Under the pieces are notes generated by a model. That model was not told the origin of the DNA, ran no database searches, and worked only from the letters and a program-made list of their open reading frames with translations. Source: Ranitomeya imitator (Eukaryota). Taken from it: a stretch of 64,000 nucleotides of DNA. Each line of letters opens with the position of its first letter. Position 1 is the stretch's first letter. This document shows, piece by piece, positions 40,496 to 53,841 of this stretch. Made by a program: the position numbers and the translations under genes. The stretch is taken from assembly GCF_032444005.1 (NCBI RefSeq), contig NC_091282.1, forward strand, positions 303,180,001 to 303,244,000, written 5' to 3'.

Positions 40496-42639
40496 TAATT
40501 ATTATTTTTTTCTTCACTGCCCAATAGTATAAAATTCTGTGATACATATGTGGTGTCAATATAATCACTGCACTCCTAGATGAATTTGAGAGGTGTAGTT
40601 TGTAAAATGGTGTCTCTTATGGGGGGGGGGGGGTTCTGCTTTTCTGGCATTTCAGGGGCTCTGCCAATGTGACATGGCACCCTCAAACCAGTGCAGCAAA
40701 ATGTGAACTCCAGTATGGCGCTTCTTTCCTTCTGAGCTTTGCATTGCGCCTCAAAAGTAGTTTTCAACCACATATGGGGTATTGGTGTACTCTTGAGAAA
40801 TTGCAAAACAAATTTGGAGTACATTTTCTCCTGTTACCCTTGTGAAAATAAAAAAATTGGGGCTAAAATAACATTTTTTATTTTCACGGCTCTACGTCAT
40901 ACACTTCCGTGAAGCCCCTGGAGGTTCAATGTGCTCACCACATATCTAGATACATTTCTTGAGGGATCTAGTTTCTAAAATGGTGTCACTTGTGGGGGGT
41001 TTCCACTGTTTAGGCACATCAGGATATGTCCAAATGTGACATTGTGTCTGCTAATTATTCCATCAAATTTTGCATTCAAAATAGCGCTCCTTCCCTTCTG
41101 AGCCCTGCTGTGTGCCTAAACATGGGGTATCGGCATGCTTAGGAGAAATTGCACAACAAATTTTTGGTCCATTGTTTCTGGTTACCCCTGTGAAAATAAG
41201 AAAATTTGAGTCTAAAGTAAAATTTTTGTGAAGAAAAGTTAAATGTAAATTTTTTTCTTTCCACATTCTACAAATTCCTGTGAAGCACCTGAAGGGTTAA
41301 TAAACTTTTTGAATGTGGTTTTGAGCCCCTTGAGGGGTGCAGTTTTTAAAATGGTGTCACTTTTGGGTATTTTCTGTCGTTGAGACCCCTCAAAGTGACT
41401 TCAAATATAAAGTGGTCCTTTTAAAAAATGTTTTTTGTAAATTTTGTTGAAAAAAAATAAAATAAATTGCTGGTCAACTTTTTACCCTTATAACTTCCTA
41501 ACAAAAAAAAAATCTGTTTAAAAAATTGGCCTCATGTAAAGTAGACATGTGGGAAATGTTATTTATTAACTATTTTGTGTGATTGAACTCTCTGATTTAA
41601 GGGCTTAAAAATTGCAACATTTTTGCCATATTTCCTTTCACAAATAAATGCAAGTCATATTGAAGAAATGTTACCACTATCGTGAAGTATAATATGTCTC
41701 AGAATCACTGGGATCTGTTGTAAAGTTCCACAGTTATGACCTCATAAAGTGACAGTGGTCAGAATTGTAAAAATTGGCCTGGTCACGAAGGTGAAAACAG
41801 GCTCAGGAAAGAAGGGATTAAGCGAGAGGCACCACTAACCAAACAACACTGTGAAGGCCAAGGAGATCTCCAGACAAGTCAGGGATAAAGTTGTTGAGAA
41901 GTACAAATTAGGATTGGGTTTAAAAAAAAAAATCCTATTCTCTGATAATCCCACGGAGCACATATTATCAAATGGAAAGAACATGGTACCACAACAAACC
42001 TGCCAAGAGAGGGCCGCCCATCTCATCGAGGGCATTAATCAGAGAGGCAGCACAGAGACCAAATGTAACCTTGAAGGAGCTGCAGAGTTCCCAAACAGAA
42101 GCTGGATTATCTGTCCTTGTAACCACAATAAGCTGTGTGCTCCATAGGTGTGTATCTTCCTATATAGCACGAGTACTCTGTATAGGGCATCTATGTCTAC
42201 GCTATGAAAAAGACAAGGCGGTTATAATTTTAGAGATCTGTCTTTTATAATTGCTGCCAAAGTATAAGGATACCTAATTCTAAGGTCAGAAATACCCCTA
42301 ATCAGAGTAGTAAGTCGTATCCTACATTTTGTAATGAGAAATCGTGTTATAACAGTACACGGATTAATATGTAGCTGTTTTCTGTTTTTGCTGCCTCATC
42401 TGTGAGCAGCCTGATGTAGACAAAGAGACCCTGAATCCAATGATGTGTCACTTAGATTACTGGATACACTGATTCTGACACAGAGTTGTTAGATTTAGCA
42501 ATGCAGCAGAGCTGAGATAGCGAACCCCACTCTCACCAGATTCTCTATGTAAATTGTCTATAGACAGTGAGCTGTTTATCACAGGAGGGGGGCGGAGTTA
42601 GACTAGCATGCACGCCCTGCTGTAGCTGGTGTAGTCCAG

Positions 42640-43700
42640 AAAGGCATGGACGTTCACAGAACACAACAATGGTGGATGATCGCAGAATCTTTTCCATAGT
42701 GAAGAAGAGCCCCTACATAACATCCACCCAAGTGAAGAATGGACCCCAGGAAGTGTTTTACTATCTAAGTCTAACATATAGAAAAAACTTCATGGGAGCA
42801 AATAGAGTTTTCACTGCAAAATGCAAACTATTAATCGGCCTTAAAAATAGAAAGAACAGATTAGACTTTGTTAAAAACATCTAAAGAAACCAGTCCAGTT
42901 CTGGAACAGCATTCTTTGGACAGATGAAACTAAGATACCAGAATGATTGGAAGAAGAAAGCATGGAAAAGGCTTGGAACGGCTCATGATGCAAAGGACAC
43001 CACATCCTCTGTAAACCATGGTGGAGGCAGTGTGATGGCTTGGGCATGCATGGCTGCCAGTGGCACTGGGTCACTAGTGTTTATTGATGATGTGACTGAA
43101 GACAGAAGAAGTAGGATGAATTCTGAAGTGTGTACAGGATGTTACTTTCTGCTCAGATTTAACCAAATGCAGCAAGTTTGATTGGACGGCGCTTCACAGG
43201 ACAGATGGAGAATGACCCAAAATATACTGTGAAAACAACCCAGGAGTTTTTTATGGAAATGAAGTGAAATATTCTGCAATGGCCGAGTCAGTCACCAGAT
43301 CTCAACCCCATCGAGCTGCATTTCACATACTCTAGATAAAACTTAAGGCAGAAAGACCCACAACCAAGCAAGAACTGAAGACAGCTGCAGTAAAGGCCCG
43401 ACAGACATCACAAAGGAGGAAACCCAGCGTTTGGTGACGGCCATGGCTTCCAGACTTCAGGCAGTCACTGTCTGCAAAGGATTCTTTACAGAGTATTAAA
43501 AATGAATATTTTATTTATGATATAGGCAATTGTCCAATTACTTTTGAGCCCCTGAAATGAGGAGGCTTTGTAGAAAAATGGTTACAATTCTTAAATGTTT
43601 CACAGGATATTTTTGTTCAACCCCTATAATTAAATCTGAAAGTCTACAATTTCTCAGCTGTTTCATTTTATATCAAACATAATAGCATGCAGAGCTGAAA
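42640..43700 (+). mobile_element. Decayed Tc1 fragment related to the 9841 element
   Basis: HGGGSVMAWACMAASGTGSLVFIDDV...SRMNSEV; many stops. Confidence 0.75.
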
Positions 43701-43904
43701 TCACAAAGCTTCGGTCACTGTACAAATATTCCTTTATCTAATTCTACTGTATGTGCACAAGTAATTGCTTGGTTTATCCTCCCGGCGTGCAATGCAGGCT
43801 GTCCGCTGCTGCCCGGTCACAGTTATGTGGCTACAGCTCTGACACCGTGACGTCAGCGCTGCAGCCTTGTGACTCCATCCCCAATGTATACATGCCATAT
43901 ATTC

Positions 43905-43995
43905 ACATGCTTGACAAAGGTCCTCTGACCGAAACGTTGCCGCAGGAGGCAGAATAAAATGTGAGCTGCTTTTTCACTATCTGGTGTGGCGCTGT
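43905..43995 (+). ncRNA. Penelope-like terminal remnant with hammerhead-like motif
   Basis: GC-UUGACAA-A-GGUC(CUCU)GACC-GAAA-CGUU-GC followed by AATAAA. Stem I is only 2 bp. Confidence 0.45.
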
Positions 43996-44409
43996 CCCTT
44001 TCTTCAATTTGGATCTATATATTCACATGCATCTGCGAGATGAGATATGGAAAGTTGTCAACTACTTTTTTTTTTTTTTTAAGGTGGTCGTACATCTGGG
44101 ATATCGGCTCATTTGGCTGTGCTCTTAACTCCTCCATATACAGTACCGTGCAACCATTTTAGCCCCTTCATGATCTTGCGATTGTCTGTTTTTGCATTTT
44201 CACTTCTTCCTCCCCTTGTTAAAAGAGCCATAACTTTTTTTTATTTTTCTATCCCCATAGCTGTTTGAGGGGTTGATTTTTTTTTTTTTGCGGGACAGGT
44301 GGTGCTTTTCAATGACACCATTGAATTTCTCATCTGATGCACTGGAAAGCTGGGAAAAAAATTCCAAGTGCATTAAAATTGTAAAAAACAAAAACAAAAG
44401 ATAACTCTA

Positions 44410-46005
44410 AATCAAGTCAATATTTGGTGTGACCACCCATTGCCTTCAAAACAGCATCAAGCACTTGAACGCATTTTTTTTTCTCTAAGGAACTTAGCAG
44501 AGAGATTGTTCCAAACATTTTGGAGAAATAACCACAGATCTGCTGCGATGTAGGTTTGCATTTCTGTCTCTTTGTTATTCCCACACAGACTCGATGATTT
44601 TGAGATCCAAGCTCTATAAGGGCCAAATCATCACTTACAGGACGTTCTTTTCTAAGCAGATTATAGTTCTTGGCATTGACATTGGTTGTATGTTTTGGGT
44701 TCTTGTTTTGTTGCAGACAAAATTTGGAGCTAATCAGAGGCCTCCCTGGTTTTATTCCACGATGGATAAGTCCTTGTATTTGCAAGTATTTCTCTGCATT
44801 GAGAACACCAACAAATTGGCAACATAGATGCAGTGGTCATAATACTTAGTGCAGCAGCAGAAAGACACATCACACTTACTTCCCTCTGATATCGCAAGAT
44901 GCCCAACAATGCCATTGGCTCAGAACTGTCAGCAACTAGTGGGGCCCCACTATACCCAATGTACTGTTCAGAGAAGCTTGGCCAGAAGTGATTTTCATGG
45001 AAGAATTGTTGCCCAAAACCATATATTTGACATAGAAGCAAGGCCAAGCTACTCAACTATTAAAGAAAACCTAACCGGGATACACAAAAATGGCAGCAGG
45101 TGCTCTGGAGTGATCAATATGTGAAATATTTGGCTGTCATAAAAGGCAGTTTGTTTGCTGCAGGGCTGGAGAGTGGTACAGTATTGAGTGTCTGCAGGCA
45201 ACAATGAAGCATGGTGGAGGTTTCTTGAACACTTGGCGCAGCATTTCAGCAAATGAAGTTGGGGATTTGGTCAAGATTAATGGTGTTCTCACTGCTGACA
45301 AACACAGGCAGATAATTACCCATCATGAAATACCACCAGTGAGGCGTCCGTCTGATTGGCTCAAAATGTATCTTGCCGCAGAACAACGACCCCAACATAG
45401 TCAATGTCATTAAGGATTATCTTCAGTGTAAAGAAGATCAAGGACTCGTATTTGTGCCTCACATCGGTGTCTTATGCTCTTGGCTAAGGTATCAGACCCA
45501 TGGTATATGTAGGGCAAGGTTACCTTTGCCAGACAGTATTAATGAGCGATGAAATATACTGTTTGTTGTATGATGTAACCTTGTTATATTGTATAATCTT
45601 CAATAAAATGAGCTTAAAAAAGGAGGAGTAGTCCTGGAAGTGATGGTATGGCCTCCACGGAACCCTGATCTCAACATCTGTCTGGGATTACATGAAGAGA
45701 CAGAAACATTTGCACAAGTCTACATCCAGAGAGAATCTGTGGTTAGTTCTCTGAGATGTTTGGAACAACCTCTCTGCCAAATTCCTTCAAAAACTGAATT
45801 GAAAAACTGAACAGAAGAATTGAAATTGTTTTGAAGGCAAAGGATGGTCACACGAAATATTGATGGGATTTAGATTTCTGTTTATTCATTCACTTTATTT
45901 TCATACATTAACAAAATGCAACTGATGAACACTTCTATTTTTGAAAGCTTTTTTACTTAACAGTATTTTTTCTACACATGCCTAAAAACTTTTGCACAGT
46001 AGTTG
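44410..46005. mobile_element. Decayed Tc1 remnants
   Basis: KHGGG..W..ISANEVGDLVKINGVL on plus; QQNKNPKH and VLDAVLKAMGGHTKY on minus; terminal-repeat-like CTTTTGCACAGTA near 45990. Confidence 0.6.
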
Positions 46006-47310
46006 CTTATATACATTCAACTCAGCTATGCCATCATTTTTAATAGGGAAGGGAATAAGACATTGTAAAACCTCACACGCATATACTATACAGTTGGCTT
46101 CTCCACTGAAATCTGTGGGTTCAGTTGACTTATATCTAATGCTGATGGTCACTTTACCAGAATACCAGTTTGTATTTTGACTCTTTTTTTTTTTTCCAAC
46201 AAACTTTATTGGGTTTTTAATTTTTTAACTGGGGAGGAAAGACTAGGAAGGGGAGGGGGGGATAAAGGGGAGGGGTACGAGTGTGGGGAAAAAGAAACCC
46301 CTATAGAAATAGGGGAACAGACAATCATACGATATTGTAAGAATTTACAAGATAGACGCATTATAAAAATATTACTTAGTAGAGTGATGAGTAAAATATA
46401 TGAGTAATGAATATTTGAAGACCGCATACTCTGACGATATATTGTAGCTGAGTAAACAAAGCCTAAAAGAGGTTTAACTAGTAAATATGATAACATAGGT
46501 AATGTCATAATACACATGTTAATATGGGTGGCACTAAAGCTATCCAGTAGAAAAGAACATCATACGAAGGCCTGTTGTCTCCAGGTCATCTTCAGATGAC
46601 CCTTGGACCTTGTGGGCTTAATGTTCGGTTCAGACACAGGCTGTGACGTGGACTAAACGTAAAGAGGTGAAATGACCCTCAGAGCTCTCAATTTGGTTTG
46701 GGTTTGGACGGAGGGTCAGAAGAAGGGAATCCGGGAGGGCCAATTCCCGCACAGTCAAGAAAGTCCGCCGCCCCATCCGGAGAAGTGAAGGTACGCCACT
46801 TTGCCGCAAAGTAAAATCTCAGACTGGAGAATTGGTGCCATATGTACTGTATTCCAGCCTGATGCAGTCTATAGGTGACGTGTTGGAATGATTTTCGTTT
46901 TTGTAGAGTCTCTTTGAATAGATCCCTGTAGAAGGTTAAGTGACCGTATGGGGAAGAGAGGAATCTTGATTCTCTTGCGATGTCAAGCAAAGAGTCTCTC
47001 AACCAGTTAGGGTATGTTCACACGTTCAGGATTTCCATCCTTTTTTTTTCCTGACTGAAACCGCAGGTCTCTGCAGAAAACGCAGGTGCGTTTTTTGGTG
47101 CGTTTTTGGTGCGTTTTTGGTGCGTTTTTTGGTGCGTTTTTTAGTGCGTTTTTTAGTGCGTTTTTTGATGCAGTTTTGTCTGCAGATTGTCTGTGTTTGA
47201 CAGAAATAAAGTTTACTGCAGTGGGGGGAAGAAAAAAAAAAAAAATGATGTCATTTCCTTGTCCAACCCTTTTCTTCTTCCATCCTCCATTTTGGAACTT
47301 ACACATCAAA

Positions 47311-49623
47311 ATGAGTGGACGTGCAGAGCGTCGTCCAGATGACAGCCCACGGATCCAGCTCCGCACGCCACACCGGATTGCGATCCTGGGGTTGATGCTT
47401 CTAATTTTGAATCGACATGCATGTCAGGTAAGCAGATGTCTGTTTGTTTTATATATTGGGTTATGGGTACTTGTCCACATTCTGGAAACGTTGTATGTTT
47501 GGCGCTGCGTGTGGCCGCAGCGCCAAACATGCAGCGTCCACATGTCAGCATACTGGAGGTGATGTCATGAAATCACGTGTCCACTGTGTGTCATCCGTCA
47601 GCCCTGCGACTCCGGACATGCTGCGCGTCTTTTATGATCACAGCATGTCTGTGTTCCTTGTTGTGAAACTGCGGCTCCGCAATGAATAAAACAGGGCCCT
47701 ATGCGTCGGGTGTGATGATGCTGGATTTGTACAATGAACACATCTGGCATCATTGCGTACTAGAATGGGGTGGGCCTTCCTGAATGTGGACACGTATCCT
47801 TACATAATCGACATTGTTTTCCTTGCATGTTTGATATATTTTTCTAATTGTTGTGTTTACGAAATATTTTTTTATTTTTCTATTTAGCGGCGGCAGAGAA
47901 GACGTGTGCAGAAACGATTGTGGGTGCACCCGCTTGTAGAAGACCGAACTGAGAAGGGGCACTTTCATGTGCTGTACAATGATTTGAGGAGGTAAGTAGA
48001 AATATATAGAATGACTAATTTACCTTTTTTGGCTAGCAATACTTGTGAAGTAACCCTTTTTTGTTGTTCTTTTGCAATTTTCAGATATCCTGAAAAATTT
48101 ATATCGTTTTGTCGGTTACCAATTATTGCCTTTGACAGACTGCTTACCATCCTGGCACTCCATTTAACACTGCAAGACACGGTAATGAGGAAGTCCATCT
48201 CTGCTGAAGAAAGGCTGCTCATCACCTTGCGGTAAGTAACAATTTTTGGGGGGAATGTTGTTAGGTCTGTATTTTACTTGTGTGTGTGTCCAGTATGTGT
48301 GATTAAACCCACCCAGTCCTCTTTTTGGACAGGGGGCACACATACACACACACACGTGAGATACGGGCGAGTGTTGCATGGTAAACCCCGGCTCTGCCGC
48401 CTGCACTCTGGAGCGGAGTGTGCACCCACATACCAATACATGGAGCCGCACGCTCCACAACGGAGTGCATGCAGCAGGTCCGGGGATTACCATGCAACAT
48501 TTGGTCATATCTCGCATGCGTGTGTGCACAAGTCCCATCAGGCCTTTTATTAATGTTTTTTACACCCTTTGTGTTGTGCTGGGTGTTAATGCCAGCATTA
48601 TTGAATGGTGCTGGACGCATATAATAGCGGCCTTAACTTGTGACATGTTGTAATTACCTTTTTGTGTGACATTTCTAATTTTCTTTTTTGTTTCTTTTCA
48701 GATTTTTGGCCACAGGAGAGAGCTATACATCCCTGCACCTCCAATTTAGAGTTGGTAAATCTACCATCTCTAACATTGTGAGGTGTACATGTACCGTCAT
48801 CTGGCAGAAGTTGCAGCCCATGGTGATGCCTTCCCCAACCGAGGAGACTTGGCTGCAGGTTGCAGCAGGCTTTCAGTCTGTGGCCAATTTCCCAAACTGC
48901 ATAGGTGCAGTCGATGGTAAACATGTTCGGGTTCAGCAGCCACCACGATCAGGATCACGCTTCTTTAATTATAAGAAGTATTTTTCAGTGGTCCTGATGG
49001 CGGTGGCTGATGCCCATTACAAATTTGTTGCCATTGACGTTGGTGCCTATGGTAGTACTGGGGATTCTCGGGTGTTGCGAACGTCACAGATTGGGATGCA
49101 AATTCTTCGAGATGGCGGCACGCTCCCAGCCCCACGACCTTTGCCGGGTTCCACACATCCAGTGCCGTTCGTGATGGTATCGGATGAGGCGTTTCCCTTA
49201 ACGACAACCCTGCTGCGCCCATACCCACGAAGGGGACTGGATGCCCGACGGAGGATTTTTAATTATCGGCTGAGTCGTGCACGCAGATATGTGGAATGCA
49301 CCTTTGGGATCATGACTAGTCAGTGGAGGATCTTTCACACTGCCATTCAGTTGGACACAGACACCGTTGATGCTGTGATAAAGGCTTGCTGTGTACTCCA
49401 CAACTATGCTCGTGAATACAACACTGACGTTGATGTGGAGTACCAGCAGCCAGTATTTAATCCAGTTGACAACGGGGGTCTGGGTAGGCCGTCCAACTCT
49501 GGTGTGCGTGTGAGAGAATCCTTCACTGACTACTTTATGAGTCCTGAAGGTGCCGTGCACTGGCAATACTCCTGTGCTGGTGTTGAGCAGCCTGACCAGC
49601 AGAGAAGGATGCATCTACACTGA
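47311..49623 (+). CDS. Harbinger DDE transposase, 4 exons, 429 aa
   Basis: Exons 47311-47427, 47888-47991, 48085-48231, 48702-49623; all GT-AG with consistent phases, total 1290 nt. Motifs LWVHP, ISAEERLLITLRFLATG, GAVDGKHV, GDSRV, SDEAFPL, RRYVECTFG. Exon 1 is the least certain. Confidence 0.9.
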
Positions 49624-50132
49624 CCCCCCCAGAAATGTTGCCGACATCGCTGATAACAGTTTTGACAACATCCCGAAGAATGAGAAACGCCAGCAACCAA
49701 CACAAAAGTTTGAAAAAAAAATTTTTTGTTTCATGTTACCAAAAAAACTGTGTTAAATAATTGATTGTAATATCAATAAAAAATCTATTTGGGTGTAATT
49801 ATTTTTTTTTTGTTTTTTTTGGCTACAAAAATTTTGGTGTTTTATGAAAATAATAGCAGTATGACGTATACAATTGTTAACACATCAACACATAAACCAC
49901 TAATTGATAGCCCATAAACCCAGGATAGCGGCCTTGACCGCATTGTAATAAAGAAGAGAATAGTATGTTTGAAATATAATATATTTAAAAGAACACAAAT
50001 TCTTTGCAATATTTACAAAAGATTTTTCAATTAGAAAAAACAAAAAAAAAGCCCCTTTCAAAGCCAACTGGCAACTGGAGCTAAAAAACAAACCAAAAAA
50101 AACTCGGTGCCACTGAAAATTTTTGCCCATGT

Positions 50133-53100
50133 TCAATTCAGAAAAGTATATTCTGGAGAATAGAGGAAATTTGATCCCTCTGATTGATATGGTGCTCCCC
50201 CCATATGCTGCGAACTTCCTCTATCTCCAGAAGTAACTTGGCTGTGGGCCAAATACTGGGGTCTGGTAGCTTGTGTTTCCGGTGTTCGGTGTCGGGGCCT
50301 GAAAAGTCCCAACACCCCCATCAGAACTTCATTGTATGGAGATATCGGAGCAGGGTCCTCCAGAGCAGTGAGGGACATCTGGACCATGGACATGAAAAGA
50401 GATTGTCTATCCGGTGGCAGGGAGCGTGTTTTTCTTGCCACAGTTAGTGCGAAGGAGTCGCAGTGGTCATCAGAACTAGATTTTTTTAATAGATCTAACG
50501 TGTCGCAAGCGATTTGGACAGTTTGGTCATCTTGGTTTTTCTTTGTTTTTTTTTTTTTTTTCTCTGCTGCCACCGGATAGACAGCTCTCTTCTCCACTCT
50601 CACAGCTTCTGCGGAATCAGATGCTTCAGCAGCTGCTGAACTAGATGTTGATGCAGCAGCTGCTGAAGTGGATGCTGATTCAGCAGAAGCTGTGGGAGTG
50701 GAGGTAGAGATGGTCCCTCCCACTCCAGAGGAACTGCCTGCTCCATCCTCTTTGTCGCTGTCCTCCAAATCAGCTACCGACATGTTTCCTTCCGTCCTGT
50801 TGGAGAAAAAAAAAACATCAATTTTTCGCACAACATATTATATTTAAATAATCATGTGGAGTGGATTTTAACTTACTTTCTCAATGTCCTACTGGACACA
50901 AGAAACTGCAGCTCTTCGCTAAATGGAAATTTACTTTTGCTCGGCGAAGAGCCACTCTTAGAACATTCGTTCAGGAACTTCGTGAAACGGTCTCTGATTG
51001 AGCGCCACCGTTTCCTCACATCGTTATCTACCAAAAAAAGGTTACAAAATACAACAACATTTTTTGTGAGATCTAAACAAATTATATTTTTAATATACTC
51101 AAGGTTTACTAAATAAATTTAATTAAAATTACCAATTTGCTGCTGTGTACTCCCTGGATACTTGTCCCAATCTGGGATAAGGTCTCGTACAATTTTGGTC
51201 CAGGCTAGTTCCCGGAAATATTTATCCTTGTAGGATTCATCGGCTGGGTCCCACAAGGCCGGATAATCCCGAACCTACAATAAATACAATAGTGTCATCT
51301 CATAATCTATAGCGCGACCAAGTAATGTTACACAATTGCTGGAAATATTTCAAAGTAACCCCTAATAACTGAACACAAGCACAAACTGAAAACACAAACA
51401 CCAATAAAAACGCTTGTGTGCAGTTGTTTTACCACTAGCTCTGTCGCCGTCAATCCTGAGTGGTTCGTGCGACAATCAACAACATTCATTAAAAAACACA
51501 CTATAAAGTGAAATAGTTAGGGTAGGGTTAGGGCTCATAACCCTAAGCACTCTACCCCAAAAGGGATCCTAAACATAACACAACCACAAAAGGGATCCTA
51601 ACCCTACAGGGATCCTAACCCTAACCCTACAGGGATCCTAACCNNNNNNNNNNNNNNNNNNNNNNNNNNNNNNNNNNNNNNNNNNNNNNNNNNNNNNNNN
51701 NNNNNNNNNNNNNNNNNNNNNNNNNNNNNNNNNNNNNNNNNNNNNNNNNNNNNNNNNNNNNNNNNNNNNNNNNNNNNNNNNNCTAACCCTACAGGGATCC
51801 TAACCCTAACCCTAACCCTACAGGGATCCTAACCCTAACCCTACAGGGATCCTAACCCTAACCCTAAAGGGATCCTAACCCTAACCCTAACCCTACAGGG
51901 ATCCTAACCCTAACCCTAAAGGGATCCTAACCCTAACCCTAAAGGGATCCTAACCCTAACCCTAACCCTACAGGGATCCTAACCCTAACCCTAAAGGGAT
52001 CCTAACCCTAACCCTAACCCTACAGGGATCCTAACCCTAACCCTAAAGGGATCCTAACCCTAACCCTACAGGGATCCTAACCCTAACCCTAAAGGGATCC
52101 TAACCCTAACCCTACAGGGATACTAACCCTAACCCTACAGGGATCCTAACCCTAACCCTAACCCTACAGGGATCCTAACCCTAACCCTACAGGGATCCTA
52201 ACCCTAACCCTACAGGGATCCTAACCCTAACCCTAAAGGGATCCTAACCCTACAGGGATCCTAACCCTAACGGGATCCTAACCCTAACCCTACAGGGATC
52301 CTAACCCTAACCCTACAGGGATCCTAACCCTAACCCTACAGGGATCCTAACCCTACCCCTAAAGCTATTGTAAGGTGGCATTAAGCACTGTTAGTAATGG
52401 CGAGGCGTCAATAAGACGCCGATCAATTATTAATCCTAATAAGGTTTACTATAATATATGTGGACCCCCCTAAAAAAAAAAAACGTGTTGGGGTCCCCCT
52501 ATATTTTTAGGCCAGAAAGGCTAAGCAGACAGCTGTGGGCCAATATTTGACGCCCGGGAAGGGGTTAAAATACCCATGGCTGTTCCCAGGCTATGAATAT
52601 AAGCCCACGGCTGTCTGCGTAGCCTTTCTGGCACTAAAATATAGGGGGCCCCGAAAAAAAAACGTGTTGGGGTCCCCCTATATTTTTAGGCCAGAAAGGC
52701 TACGCAGACAGCCGTGGGCTTATATTCATAGCCTAGGAAAGGGGCCATGGATATTTGCCCCCCCCTGGCTACAAATATAAGCCCGCAGCCGCCCCGGAAA
52801 AGGCGCATCAAAAAGATGCGCCAATTCCGGCACTTAGCCCCTCTCTTCCCACTCCCGTGTAGCGGTGGGATATGGGGTAATGAGGGGTTAATGCCACCTT
52901 GCTATTGTAAGGTGGCATTAAGCCCGGTTAATAATGGAGAGGCGTCAATGAGACGCCTATCCATTATTAAGCCAATGAAAGGGTTAAAAAAAAAAAACAC
53001 AAACACTAGAAAAAATATTTTAATGAAATAAAGACACACACTTTTTGACAATTCTTTTATTGCACGCTCAATCCATCCTGAAGACCCTCGACCTGAAAAA

Positions 53101-53841
53101 AAGGCAAAACAAAAAAACAAATTCATACTCCCTGGCCCTGTCCGCAGAAATCCATCGAGGGTCCCACGAAGATCTTCCATGGAGAACAGACACATCCAGA
53201 GATGTGTCTGCTCTCCACGGCTGCAGCAACACACTGACAGGAGCCATAGTTCCTGTCGGTGTGTCACTGCGCATGCGCGAGCGAGTTTACCGGCGGTCAT
53301 TGACCCCGGTACTCTCGCTTAACGGCAGTGCTGCGTGGGAAAGTTCAACGCAGCTGTACTGCCGTTAACCGAGACGCCGGCGCCATTGAGCTCCGGGACA
53401 GTACGCGATACACTGCTAGGAGCTTCGCTCCTGGCAGTGTATCACCGGAGAGCAGGAGATCGGCGTGGGACACTCGGTTATGGATTCTGCGGACAGGGAG
53501 TATGGATTTGCTTTATTATTTTGGGATTTTTTCATTGAGGATCGAGGGCTTCGCCTACAAGTGTGGTGTATGGTGAGTATATACTCTATGTTATGTGTTG
53601 TATGTACTGTACTGTGTGTCATGTTTGTGTATTGTGTGTTTGTGTTTGGTGTGAACTTTAGTATTGTGCTAAGTCGCCGGACACAGGGACAACTCTCCCA
53701 TCCTAAATACCGGATGGGAGTAGTAGTCCGATACGGCGACTTAGCACAATAGAGGCATATCGTCGCATGGGGACGGACACACAGACTTACCAAATCAATC
53801 AGACGCCCGACATCGATCCCCATGCGACGGTATGCCTCCAT
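50133..53841 (-). CDS. Harbinger Myb/SANT-like (MADF) DNA-binding protein, 4 exons, 335 aa
   Basis: Exons 53841-53791, 51274-51133, 51027-50877, 50796-50133; all GT-AG, total 1008 nt. Splices to MEAYRRMGIDVGRLIDLVRDYPALWDPADESYKDKYFRELAWTKI...DVRKRWRSIRDRF. Confidence 0.88.
51580..52363. repeat. Telomere-like array (CCCTAA)1-3 punctuated by CCCTA(C/A)AGGGATCCTAA
   Basis: Read directly; contains an N gap at 51644-51782, so the true length is unknown. Confidence 0.95.

Noticed and set aside
51580-52363. True chromosome end or fusion site
   Set aside because: The array is inside a transposon intron with continuous gene structure on both sides, and it is punctuated rather than pure TTAGGG.
47311-53841. 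Domesticated HARBI1/NAIF1-type host genes
   Set aside because: Both genes lie between terminal repeats with a TTA duplication that interrupts an L1-derived ORF.
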